Program-made: the position numbers and the translations under genes
Shown here: in pieces, positions 40,989-50,676 of the stretch
How the letters are laid out: every line of letters starts with the position of its first letter
Position numbering within the stretch: position 1 is the stretch's first letter
From: Alphaproteobacteria bacterium
Lineage (GTDB): Bacteria > Pseudomonadota > Alphaproteobacteria > UBA828
Direction of reading: 5' to 3'
Assembly (NCBI GenBank): GCA_965220745.1
Contig: CBDCQT010000012.1
Location: 416,001 to 480,000, forward strand
DNA: 64,000 nt
Notes under the pieces: model-generated
Told to the model about the DNA's origin: nothing
What the model saw: only the letters and a program-made list of their open reading frames with translations
Databases searched by the model: none

Positions 40989-42533
40989 TCAGCCTTCCGC
41001 GAGATCACCCACCGCCTTGACTCGGACCCGGCAGGCGGCGCCCGGCAGGTAGGCGAGGGGGATCTCCTCGACCTCGATGATCTCGATGCTGGCAGGCTCC
41101 GCACCGGCATCCGCCGCCTTGGCCTGTGCCTCGTCCTTAGCCTGGGCGATGGCGTTCTCGCGGCCCTCCTGCTCGTAGGAGAAGACGCGGTCCACCTCGC
41201 CGCCGACCTGGGCGATGGCAGCGCCGATGGCGTTCGCGACCGCCGAGTGCTTGGGCACGCTCAAGGTCGAGACACCGGCCAGATCGCGCCCGATCAGGAT
41301 GCTGCCGCCGCCCACCAGAATCGCGGGCACAGGCTCCGCGCTCGTCTTCATGCGGTCGATCGCGTCCTCCACCATGGTGTGGATGGTATCCAGCGCGCGT
41401 TTCACAGCACCGCCATCGAGCCCGGCGACGGCGTTACGGTCGCCGATATCGGCGAGCCCGGCGGCGACGGCGATATCGGTGGCGGTCAGCGTGTCGCCGC
41501 CGAAGACCAGCGCCTTCTCCGTCAGTTCGAAGCCGACAGAATCCGGGCCGACAGTGACCGCGTCGTCGCCCCGCACCAGGCTGCCGCCGCCGAGCCCGAT
41601 CGCCAGCACGTCGGGCATGCGGAAATTGGTCCGCACCCCGCCGACGTCGACCGCAACCGCAGACTCCCGTGGGAAGCCCCGGGCCAGCACGCCGACATCG
41701 GTGGTAGTGCCGCCGATATCGACCACGACGGCGTTCTCCTTGTCGGAGAGGAAGGCCGCGCCGCGCATGCTGTTGGTTGGGCCCGAGGCGAAGGTCAGCA
41801 CCGGATAGCGCTCGACGTAAGCCGCGCTCATCAGGGTGCCGTCGTTCTGGCTGATGAAGAAGGGCGCATCGATCTTGAGTTCCTTCAACGAGTCGCGGAA
41901 CGCGCCCACCACCTTGGCCGAGAGCGAGACCAGGGCCGCGTTCATCACCGCCGCGTTCTCCCGTTCGATCAGCCCGACCCGGCCGATCTCGTTGGAGAGC
42001 GTGATCTGCGCGCTCGGGTGTTCGGCGCGGATGATCTCGGCGGCGCGGTCCTCCTGCGCGCTGTTGAGCGGCGCGAAGACCGAGGAGACCGCCACCGATT
42101 CCAGCCCCTTGGCGGCGATATCGCGGGCGATATTGGCGATCTCGGCCTCGTCCAGGGGCGAGATTTCGCGCCCGTCCACCTCGTAGCCGCCCTTGGCCAT
42201 GTAGACGTTGCGGCCGATGGTATCCACCAGGTCGCGCGGCCAGTCGATCAGGGGATTGAGGCTCTCGGTGGCCGGCAGCGCGAGGCGCACGATGGCCACC
42301 GGCACCAGGCGTCGTCGCTCGACGATGGCGTTGGTGAACTGGGTGGTGCCGATCATCACACCGGTGACGATCTCCGGCGCGACCTCGGAGCGGGCGAGCA
42401 CGCCCTCGATGGCGGCCACCACGCCCGCGCCCACGTCGGCGGTGGTGGGTGCCTTGATGGACGCGACAACCGTTGCACCGTCCATCAGCACCGCATCGGT
42501 GTTCGTGCCGCCGACATCGACACCAATTCTCAT
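40989..42533 (-). CDS. Hydantoinase/oxoprolinase A family protein
   Basis: IGVDVGGTNTD, GTTQFTNA, SGPTNS, DIGGTTTDVG, GLGGGS, ANAIGAA. Confidence 0.92.
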   Translation of the reverse strand: MRIGVDVGGTNTDAVLMDGATVVASIKAPTTADVGAGVVAAIEGVLARSEVAPEIVTGVMIGTTQFTNAIVERRRLVPVAIVRLALPATESLNPLIDWPRDLVDTIGRNVYMAKGGYEVDGREISPLDEAEIANIARDIAAKGLESVAVSSVFAPLNSAQEDRAAEIIRAEHPSAQITLSNEIGRVGLIERENAAVMNAALVSLSAKVVGAFRDSLKELKIDAPFFISQNDGTLMSAAYVERYPVLTFASGPTNSMRGAAFLSDKENAVVVDIGGTTTDVGVLARGFPRESAVAVDVGGVRTNFRMPDVLAIGLGGGSLVRGDDAVTVGPDSVGFELTEKALVFGGDTLTATDIAVAAGLADIGDRNAVAGLDGGAVKRALDTIHTMVEDAIDRMKTSAEPVPAILVGGGSILIGRDLAGVSTLSVPKHSAVANAIGAAIAQVGGEVDRVFSYEQEGRENAIAQAKDEAQAKAADAGAEPASIEIIEVEEIPLAYLPGAACRVRVKAVGDLAEG

Positions 42534-42697
42534 GCTTTTCTCCTGCGCTTCGTGCCGCCGCATCCTAATCGCAGTGCCATGTGATCGCACCGTCTAACGT
42601 TGCGCTGCCGCACCCGATTGAACGCCGGGCGGCAGAGACGTAGACTCCCCGCCAGGCAGCGTCCGCTGAGCGACGTTCCAAGGGAAGGGCACTGGCC

Positions 42698-43465
42698 ATG
42701 GCAACGGATGTGAGAGTGGTAACACCGATCACGACCTGGGGTTTTCGGGACAAGTCTGAGTTCGCCGCACTGGAGCGGCCGGACCTGACGATCAGTCATA
42801 TCGAGATCGAGACCGGCCCGGCCTCGATCGAATGCGAATACGACGAGGCGCTCGCCGTCCCTGGCACGATCGCGAAGATCATCGAGGCCGAGCGCGACGG
42901 CTGCGACGCGGTCGTGATCGACTGCATGGGTGACCCCGGCATGCTGCCGGGACGCGAGTGTGTCTCGATCCCGGTGATCGGGCCGTGTGAGGCGGCGATG
43001 CACGTGGCGTCGATGCTGGGGCACACCTTCAGCGTGGTTACGGTGCTGAAGCGGCTGCGCCCGCAGTTCGAGCATCAAGCGCAGCTCTATGGCGTGCGCG
43101 AGAAGCTCGCCTCGGTCCGTTCCGTTTCGATCCCGGTTCTCGAGTTGGAGCAGGATCTCGATCGTACCAAGGCGGCGCTTGCGGAGGAGGCGGTTCTGGC
43201 GGTCGAGGAGGACGGCGCGGATGCGATCATCTTCGGCTGCACAGGCATGCTGGGCTGCGCCGAGGCCGTGCGCCGCGGCCTGCTCGCCAGGGGCTACGAC
43301 GTGCCGGTGATCGACCCGGTGCCATGGGCGGTCAAGCTCGCCGCGAGCCTGGTGGACGCCGGGCTCAGCCACAGCAAGATCACCTACGAGCGCCCGCCGG
43401 CGAAGCCCGTGGTCGGCTACGAGATTCCGCCGATGACGAGCCTCACCCGCGACGCCGCCGAGTAG
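42698..43465 (+). CDS. Asp/Glu/hydantoin racemase family protein
   Basis: GPASIE, IDCMGDPG, FGCTGM (two catalytic Cys), PVIDP. Confidence 0.9.
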   Translation: MATDVRVVTPITTWGFRDKSEFAALERPDLTISHIEIETGPASIECEYDEALAVPGTIAKIIEAERDGCDAVVIDCMGDPGMLPGRECVSIPVIGPCEAAMHVASMLGHTFSVVTVLKRLRPQFEHQAQLYGVREKLASVRSVSIPVLELEQDLDRTKAALAEEAVLAVEEDGADAIIFGCTGMLGCAEAVRRGLLARGYDVPVIDPVPWAVKLAASLVDAGLSHSKITYERPPAKPVVGYEIPPMTSLTRDAAE

Positions 43466-43892
43466 GTGTCGCGCCCAACCCGGTGGACTGGCGCGTCGAT
43501 CTCGACGCCTCCTGCCCCGCGACCTCGGCCGTCGGCGTGGGGTGCCCGATCTCGGCCGGCCTGACGCCCCTCCGGCGGATTTTCCCTTTCGGATCGGCGG
43601 CTGCGGATTCGTCGAGGGCATCAAGTTCCCGAACGTCGAATTCATAACCTCCGCCAATCCTGTGGACTTTCAGACCCATTTGTAGTGAACGCGCGACTCG
43701 AGCGCTGATTGGCCTTGTGCGACTAGGTGCTGGAAACCCGTTATTCGACCGTAGGTGGATGCCGGTCGCGTGTCAGTCGGCGAAATGGATAGGTCCGCAA
43801 CTTGTTCGGATAGGTGATTACAGCCGACAAAGACCCGAGCCTCTCACCGACCGGCCAAGCTTTCGTCTCTCGACTTAGGCTGATCGATTTAG

Positions 43893-46688
43893 CTACGGGT
43901 GCGGCACTTCCGGCGGTTTGTCCAGCCCATGCCGCTGAGCCACGGAGACGGCGAGAGCCCGCTTATTCACGCCCAGCTTGGCATAGATATTCTTCAAGTG
44001 AAATTTCACTGTTGGTTCCGAGAGCCCCAAGTGCCGGGCGATGCGCTTGTTCGAGTGACCTTGCGCAAGTTGTTCCATGACTTCCAGTTCACGTGAGCTG
44101 AGAATATGCGCTGCCTCTCCATGTTCCCCAGAGCGCATGTCAGACAATAATCGGGCGACGAATTCCACTTCAACCTCACTCATGTCGCCGATCCCGGTGG
44201 TTCGAACGACTGCCTGCACCAATTGCGCCAGAAATCTACCCTCTTCGGCAAAGGAACCATAAAATCCGCACGAGCTGCCTAGGGCGATAGCTTGCTTGAA
44301 GGGCTTGGCGGCGGCGCGACTGTCTCCGGATTCATGCAGCGCCATGGACTGCAGGATTAATCCCTTTACCCGGAAGCGAACCGCATTTGCTTCCTGGGAC
44401 TTGCGAACCGCCTCGTTCAGTAACTCCACTGCATGGACGGCGTCGCCAAACCGAATGTGGTATCGGGCCAGGGAAAACGCCGCCATATAGAAGCCGCGCC
44501 AACACGCCCCGGCATCTCCTGCATCGGCGTGAGTCAGGCGATCGATATCCTGCAAAGCCAACTCGGCCAGATCGGCCCGTTCCGCGCGGACAAACAGATC
44601 CAGCCGCTTGTAACAAATAAGGTGCTGAAGCCGGTGCATGTTTCGCCGCCTGATCGTCCGCTCCGCTTGATCGAGTATCTCGGCGGCGGCCTCTGGACCA
44701 TTGTCGGCATATGCCACCTCCATGGCCACCGTGTATCCCGGAACATAAAGCTCGCTCCACCCTTCCCTGACCTCGATATCGTGAAGCGAATTGAAAATAC
44801 GCCGGCTGGCGGCTATTGGGTCGCCGCGTTCGAGATGGATTTCCGACAAGAGCACGGAAGCGATGCCCGCGAGCCCCCTGTCAGCGGGAAAATACCGCTC
44901 AGCCAGGTCTAGCGCCGTTGACCTTCGTTTCTGGGCATCGGAGAGAAGACCTTCTTCAAGATCGATAATGCTAATGTTGATATGAATAAAGAACTGGAGA
45001 TATTTGGCATCGAGATCCCGATAGTAGGCCATGGATCTCTCGCCGGACAGTCTGGCATTCTTCAGATTGCCTGCCTGGATCTGCGTGACGCAAAGAATAT
45101 TATGAAGAACTCCTCGAACGAGCGATTCCGATTCTGGTGTCGATCGTGTCAAACTCTCAAAGCGAGCGATATCTTCATCTGAAATCATCCGGTCTTCATA
45201 AATTCGGAGAAGCGCGCCGATCAGCGTGATCTCGTCGGCCAGATCGCGATCGTCGGTTGCGCCCTGGGCGACGACTTCGTCGAAAAGCTTGGCGGCCTCA
45301 ACGATCCGCCCTTCTTTCGCAAGGACGTAGGCCAAACACAACTTGGCGCGCGGACTGACATGAACCGCATTCGTAGGAATATGATCCAGGAGAGATCGAA
45401 GATAACCCACACCCTGTCTTATGCCGACTAGTACGCCGCCAGCGTTTTCGACATATCCTATCGCCCGCGCGTAAGCGTTTCCTGCCTTGGCGTGGTGTAT
45501 AGCGGACTGGAGATCATCGGCAGCGAAGAACCAATCGGCGGCGCGTCGATGCAACGCATCGACATGTTCCCTGCCGAGATAAATCTGCTGTTGCCGCAAG
45601 AACTCCAGAAACAGTTGGTGATGCCTGAACCACCCGTCTTCGGGAGCATCGCTCCTCGACATCAGGACTCCGGCCTTCCAAGTCTCGAGTAATTTCTCCC
45701 ATCCGTCATTTCGCTCTCGAACAGCATCTGCAAGATCGCCGTTCAAACGCTCCAGGTGCGCCGTTTCCAGAAGAAATTGCTGCTGGTCTTCCGAGAGTTG
45801 TTTGAACACGCGTTCATTGAGATAATCGGCCAACTCGGCCCGCGATCCGGACAGGCTGCTGACATGTCGCTCGAAGGGAACGCTGCCATTGTGGGTCAGG
45901 TGTGTCAGTTGAACCGCGACCGGCCACCCTTCAGTCCGCTCAATCAACTGCCTCGAAACCTGCTCGTCCAGCGGCTGATCGAACAGCGCTCCTATGTCCC
46001 CTTCGCCGAATCTAAGGTCGTCGACCGTGATCTCGTGGACTTCACCTTGCAATCTCAATCCTGAGACCGGAATGCCCGACCGCTCTCTAGTTGCGATGAC
46101 GATATGCAAGGTTTGTGGGCTGTTGTGGATAAGGTATTCGAAAAGCTCGAGGCAAGCGCCGGTATCAGCGAAATGCGCGTCGTCTATGATCAGGCATGCC
46201 TCCACACCGCTTTCGCGCAACAGCGTTGTCAACATCGAGAGGCGAGCAAGCGGCTCCGTATCGCCCGAAACGGAAGCGTGAACATCGAGGTCAGCCCGCG
46301 CCGCTTGTTCCAGGAGCGCGATCAACGACGTCGGATCGCAATCGCGGCGTTCAATTTGAACCCAGGCCCAGGCAATACCGGAACGGCCTAACCTCGCGCG
46401 CAGCTGATTCAGTAGGGTCGTCTTGCCATATCCGGCCGGTGCGTCGATCAGCGTCAGACGCCGCCCAAGATTGTCCTGAATGCGGTCGAGGAGCGGTGTC
46501 CGTTCGATCAGTACGACCCTGTCCGGTGAAGCCATCGACCCATGCCCGGCAACTGGTCCGGCTCGAATCTTAGTCCATGGACGGTTTGTCGACCAAGCTG
46601 GCTGATCGGCGGACCACAGCGGAGCAGGACGGCCCGCCTGGCAGGACGATCGTCTCCAGGTCTGGCCGCCTGAATTCCAGGCGGCCAC
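43893..46688 (-). CDS. MalT-like (LAL) ATP-dependent LuxR regulator (start uncertain)
   Basis: TKIRAGP, APAGYGKTT, IDDAH, TEGWP, WFRHHQLF, C-terminal LSSRELEV..SNKRIA..TVKFHLKNIYAKL. Confidence 0.9.
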   Translation of the reverse strand: MAAWNSGGQTWRRSSCQAGRPAPLWSADQPAWSTNRPWTKIRAGPVAGHGSMASPDRVVLIERTPLLDRIQDNLGRRLTLIDAPAGYGKTTLLNQLRARLGRSGIAWAWVQIERRDCDPTSLIALLEQAARADLDVHASVSGDTEPLARLSMLTTLLRESGVEACLIIDDAHFADTGACLELFEYLIHNSPQTLHIVIATRERSGIPVSGLRLQGEVHEITVDDLRFGEGDIGALFDQPLDEQVSRQLIERTEGWPVAVQLTHLTHNGSVPFERHVSSLSGSRAELADYLNERVFKQLSEDQQQFLLETAHLERLNGDLADAVRERNDGWEKLLETWKAGVLMSRSDAPEDGWFRHHQLFLEFLRQQQIYLGREHVDALHRRAADWFFAADDLQSAIHHAKAGNAYARAIGYVENAGGVLVGIRQGVGYLRSLLDHIPTNAVHVSPRAKLCLAYVLAKEGRIVEAAKLFDEVVAQGATDDRDLADEITLIGALLRIYEDRMISDEDIARFESLTRSTPESESLVRGVLHNILCVTQIQAGNLKNARLSGERSMAYYRDLDAKYLQFFIHINISIIDLEEGLLSDAQKRRSTALDLAERYFPADRGLAGIASVLLSEIHLERGDPIAASRRIFNSLHDIEVREGWSELYVPGYTVAMEVAYADNGPEAAAEILDQAERTIRRRNMHRLQHLICYKRLDLFVRAERADLAELALQDIDRLTHADAGDAGACWRGFYMAAFSLARYHIRFGDAVHAVELLNEAVRKSQEANAVRFRVKGLILQSMALHESGDSRAAAKPFKQAIALGSSCGFYGSFAEEGRFLAQLVQAVVRTTGIGDMSEVEVEFVARLLSDMRSGEHGEAAHILSSRELEVMEQLAQGHSNKRIARHLGLSEPTVKFHLKNIYAKLGVNKRALAVSVAQRHGLDKPPEVPHP

Positions 46689-46707
46689 GTGGCCGTACGG
46701 CGTTGTA

Positions 46708-46802
46708 GTGTTGTTCGGCGTGAAAAACTGCTCCCCCCAGTATCACGCCACTTCAATAGGTTATCGCGCCGATCGGCGCGCAACTCACGTGCCGAACAAC
46801 AA
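46708..46802 (-). mobile_element. MITE-like miniature element, copy 2 (inverted relative to copy 1)
   Basis: Perfect 11 bp TIR TGTTGTTCGGC/GCCGAACAACA; internal palindrome CGCGCCGATCGGCGCG. Confidence 0.8.
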
Positions 46803-46808
46803 TCCGGG

Positions 46809-47711
46809 CTAATAGTCGCGGAGCTCCGAGGCTTCGGTGGCGGCCTTGGCACCGCCGCGCATCCGCCCGCTGATCCAGACGCCGAGGATCGTCGCCATAT
46901 AGGGCAGCGAGAGCAGCACGTCGTGCGGGATGCTCGCGCCGAAGAGCAACTGCAGCCTGATTCCCGCGACGCCCACCAGGCTGAAGAACATCGCGGCGAA
47001 GGTTGCGCCAACCGGATGCGCCGCGCCGAAGATGACGGCAGCGAAGCTCATGAAGCCGCGCCCTGCGGTCATGTTGTGGGCGAAGATGGTGAGGCCGCCT
47101 GCAGCGAGCTCGGCACCGCCGATGGCGCCAAGGACCCCGCCCGCCGCCAGCGCGATGAGCCGCGCGGTGGCTGGATTGGTGCCCACGCTGCGTGCCGCGA
47201 GCGGGTGCTCGCCGGCAGCGGCCAGACGCAGGCCGAAGCGCGTGCGGCGCAGCAGTACCCACATGCCCCACACCACAAATGGCATCATCAGAACGAAGAT
47301 CGAGAGCGCGCCGTAGGGGCCGAAGGCCGCGCCCAGCCGGGGCACGCCAAAAGGCGCGGTCACGGCGGCGAGGCTACCGAAGAGCGCCTGGACGGCCAGC
47401 GCTGTCCCGCCGATGCCGAGGCCCGTAAGTCCCAAACCTGCGATGATCGGGTTGGCACCCAGCTTCTCGATCACGAACCAAAGCAGCACGGAGGCGGCGA
47501 CGCAGAGCATGCAGGCGATGCCGATGGCGGCCGGGAACGAACCGGTCAGCACGATGCCGAGAATTGTCGCGCAGGCGCCGATGATCATCACGCCTTCGAG
47601 GCCGAGGTGCCAGACGCCGGCGCGCTGGGCGATGACGCCAGCCATGGTGACGTAGACCAGCGGCGTGCCGGAGCGCAGAATCGCCACCATGAACTCGTGG
47701 AACTCGGTCAT
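46809..47711 (-). CDS. Nucleoside/sugar (BPD_transp_2) ABC permease
   Basis: RAGVWHLGLEG, TRFGLRL.AAGEHP, MTAGRGF, LPY. Confidence 0.88.
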   Translation of the reverse strand: MTEFHEFMVAILRSGTPLVYVTMAGVIAQRAGVWHLGLEGVMIIGACATILGIVLTGSFPAAIGIACMLCVAASVLLWFVIEKLGANPIIAGLGLTGLGIGGTALAVQALFGSLAAVTAPFGVPRLGAAFGPYGALSIFVLMMPFVVWGMWVLLRRTRFGLRLAAAGEHPLAARSVGTNPATARLIALAAGGVLGAIGGAELAAGGLTIFAHNMTAGRGFMSFAAVIFGAAHPVGATFAAMFFSLVGVAGIRLQLLFGASIPHDVLLSLPYMATILGVWISGRMRGGAKAATEASELRDY

Positions 47712-48754
47712 GTTGGCAGCCTGGCGGCCCGCAGGAGGCGGTCTAACAGCCCTGATTTCGCAGTGATGAAGAGCGCGACGGAGGCGTTGAAGATGTCGAT
47801 GGCGGCGGCTGGCAACCCGGCCAGGATCGGCAGGTAGAGCGCGGCCGACGCAAGGCCGCCGAAGAACATGCTGACGACCGCCGTCGCGAGCACCGATAGG
47901 TTAGCGACCAGCGCGATCAACACCGCGGTGAAGCCGTGGCCGGGCAGAAATCCGCTCGCGATGCGCCCGGTCGGGCCGAGAAGCTCGATGGTGCCGGCGA
48001 GCCCGGCCAGTCCGCCGCTGATGAGGAAGCTCGAAAGGCCCAGGGTCCAGAGCCGCGCGCCCTGAAAGCGCACCATGGTCGGGTTGCGCCCGGCGAGGCT
48101 CGCCAGCATGCCGAAGGGCGTACGGTTGACCAGCACCCACATGGCGAGCGCGACGGCGGCGGCAATGCCGATTATGGCGGGCGAGATGCCCTGTGAATCG
48201 CTGATCCGATAGACCGCCGGCAGCAGTGGGCTCGCCGCCTGCTGGCCGGTGCCGGAGGGGTCCTTGAGCGGACCCGAGGTGACGTAGACCAGCACGAGGG
48301 CTGCGATGAAGTTTCCCATCAGCGTCGTGATGACCTCGTCGGTACCGGAGCGAAGCCGCAAGTATCCCGGCCAGAGCGCCCAGAGCGCGCCCCCCGCCAT
48401 GCCGGCGAGAAAGGTCGCCGGCAGCACGAGGGCGGCCGGGCCGCCGCCGAGCAGGTCGGTGACGAAGGCAGCGCAAATGGCGCCCACATAGAACTGGCCC
48501 TGCGCACCGATATTGAAGAAACCGCAGCGGAATGAGATTGCGACGCCCGTCGCGGTGATGAAGAGCGGGAGCGCCCAGCGCAGGCTCTGCGCCCAGCCGC
48601 CCGCCCGCAAGAAGGCGCCCTCCACGACGCTCTCGAGCATCAGGAGCGCCAAGTAGCCGGCGAGCTCGAAGACGATGCCGCAGAGCGCGAGCGCGAGAAC
48701 GATGAAGGCGAGCGTGCGGATAACCGCACCTGCGCGGATGCTGATGCCGCTCAT
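47708..48754 (-). CDS. Nucleoside/sugar ABC permease
   Basis: FNIGAQGQ, DEVITTLMGNF, SGGLAGLAG, GHGFTAVLIAL. Confidence 0.88.
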   Translation of the reverse strand: MSGISIRAGAVIRTLAFIVLALALCGIVFELAGYLALLMLESVVEGAFLRAGGWAQSLRWALPLFITATGVAISFRCGFFNIGAQGQFYVGAICAAFVTDLLGGGPAALVLPATFLAGMAGGALWALWPGYLRLRSGTDEVITTLMGNFIAALVLVYVTSGPLKDPSGTGQQAASPLLPAVYRISDSQGISPAIIGIAAAVALAMWVLVNRTPFGMLASLAGRNPTMVRFQGARLWTLGLSSFLISGGLAGLAGTIELLGPTGRIASGFLPGHGFTAVLIALVANLSVLATAVVSMFFGGLASAALYLPILAGLPAAAIDIFNASVALFITAKSGLLDRLLRAARLPT

Positions 48755-49145
48755 TCGACCGCTCCGGTCATGGCGCGGCCCACCGCGGCGATGTCGTAAG
48801 GCGGGACGAACTCGGCGACGATGCGGCCCGAGAGCATGACCACCAGGCGGTGGCTGACGTCGAACAACTCGTCGAGATCAGACGAGATCAGCAACACACC
48901 GCAGCCGCGACCGGCCGCTTGGCGGAGAGCCGACCAGACGAAGGCGGTGGCACCGATGTCGAGCCCGCGCGCGGGCTGCGCGGCGACGATGAGGCGCGCG
49001 TCTTCGTCGATCTCGCGCGCGAGGATCACCTTCTGCGCGTTGCCGCCAGAAAGCGCGCCGGCGTTCTGTGCCGCCGACGCATAGTGCACGCCCCAGGCTT
49101 GGAGCGCCTCGTCGCAGCGCCTGCGCAGGGCGGCCGGATCACCGG
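48751..49145 (-). pseudogene. C-terminal fragment of a sugar-type ABC ATPase
   Basis: LSGGNAQKVILARE, QPARGLDIGA, ISSDLDE present; Walker A and N-terminal domain missing. Confidence 0.85.
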
Positions 49146-49244
49146 CACGCCGAACGTCGGCTTCGGGCTCACGGGCGCCGGCGCGCGGGAGTACCGCGTA
49201 GGCTGGCGGCTGACTTCGGCGATCTGGGGCGATCGCGGCTTCGA

Positions 49245-49446
49245 GGTCACCCGGAATGATCCCCGAGTTCGTGCGCAATCTGAATGCCTGGACCAGGTCG
49301 CGATAATTCGGGAAGCCCAGCGTTGACGGCGCCGGGCGACACGCTGGATCCACCAACGACAATTGGCCGGCATCTGAGTGCAAGATGGGCCGCAACGAGC
49401 CCTACCCCTGCAGTTCAGGCCGAGAATGCAAGCGGTGTTGCGGCGC
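49245..49446 (+). pseudogene. Decayed C-terminus of a YecA/UPF0149-like protein with SEC-C motif
   Basis: PGMIPEFVRNLNAW, in-frame stop, then KMGRNEPYPCSSGRECKRCCG (degenerate SEC-C). Confidence 0.55.
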
Positions 49447-49527
49447 GTCCCGGCTGGTGCATTGTCGGGGAGGCTCACACCGTTCGATGCAATGGTCCGT
49501 CGAAATGTCGGCGGGCCGAGCGGATGG

Positions 49528-50673
49528 CTACGGCTTCATTCTCCTGGCGATGGCCCGGCCCACCCTTTCGGCGGCCCGTTCGATTTCTCGGTCCCCGAGG
49601 TGAGCGTAGCGCAGGGTCATGCGGACATTGGAGTGGCCGAGCAGCCGGGACACCACCGGCACCGGCACGCCGTGCATCACCGCGTGGCTGGCCACTGTAT
49701 GGCGAAGGTCGTGGAGGCGCACATCCTCGATGCCGGCTTCCTTGCGGACCCGGTACCAAAGACCGAGGTCGGGGTGGCGTGGCCGAGACGGATCGCGCGG
49801 CGACGGAAACACGAACGGACTCTCTCCCCGCGGCTGCCATTCGAGGATACGCCGGGCCTGCGAGTTGAGGGGGACCTTCCGGGGCCCGGTCTTGCTGTCG
49901 GCCAACATGAGCATGTCGCCCTGAACCTCGGACCAGCGCAGGCGCACGATCTCGCCCCTGCGGCACCCGGTCAGCAGCAGGAGCCGGATCACGTCGGCCT
50001 GCTGGCGGTTCCTCCGTCCGGCTTGCCCGTCGAGCGCCCTGTGGAGGCGGGCGATCTCCTCGCGGGAGAGGAAGCGGGTGAGTTCCGGCCGGCGGTTGAG
50101 CTGGATGCCTGCGGTCGGGTTGGCGTCGGCGTGGCCGCGCGCGATGGCGAAGTTCATGATCTGGCGGAGGACGTCGAGGCTGTGATTGGCATTGCCGGGG
50201 GCGGTGCGGCTGAACGCGTCGAACCACCGCCTGACCCGCGCGGGCGTGATGCGGTCGAGCGGGATCGACCCGAACTCCGGCAACAGCCGGCTCGCGAGGA
50301 GCGAGCGGTGACCTTTTTTCGTGGAGGGTTTGTAGCGCGCGAAATGAGCGTCCCTCCACTCGCCCTCAACGAACTCCCGGAACAAGGGGGCGCGGCGTCT
50401 GGGCACGCTCTCCTTCTCAGGCTCGTGGGCGAGCTGCCGCGCGAGGCAATCCCGGCGCGCCTCCGCGATGGTCCTGAGCGACACCGGACCCAGCGAGATG
50501 CGTTTCGAGCGCCCGCCGGATCGCTGCAACCAGACATAGCTCTTCCCACCGCCGGGCCGGACCCGGACCCCGAGGCCGGGGGTGCGGTCGTCCCAGACGG
50601 TGAATTCCCGTTCTCGCGGACGGAGACGTTCGACGGCGGCATCGGTCAGTCGCATGCGCTCCCTGCCGGCCAT
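49528..50673 (-). CDS. Tyrosine recombinase/integrase 2 with N-terminal arm-binding domain
   Basis: LTDAAVERL..VWDDRTPGLGVRV; LTGCRRGEI, HDLRHT, LLGH, TLRYAH. Confidence 0.93.
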   Translation of the reverse strand: MAGRERMRLTDAAVERLRPREREFTVWDDRTPGLGVRVRPGGGKSYVWLQRSGGRSKRISLGPVSLRTIAEARRDCLARQLAHEPEKESVPRRRAPLFREFVEGEWRDAHFARYKPSTKKGHRSLLASRLLPEFGSIPLDRITPARVRRWFDAFSRTAPGNANHSLDVLRQIMNFAIARGHADANPTAGIQLNRRPELTRFLSREEIARLHRALDGQAGRRNRQQADVIRLLLLTGCRRGEIVRLRWSEVQGDMLMLADSKTGPRKVPLNSQARRILEWQPRGESPFVFPSPRDPSRPRHPDLGLWYRVRKEAGIEDVRLHDLRHTVASHAVMHGVPVPVVSRLLGHSNVRMTLRYAHLGDREIERAAERVGRAIARRMKP

Positions 50674-50676
50674 CGA

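Noticed and set aside
43466-43890. Small ORFs between the racemase and the MalT-like gene
   Set aside because: No recognisable motifs or RBS
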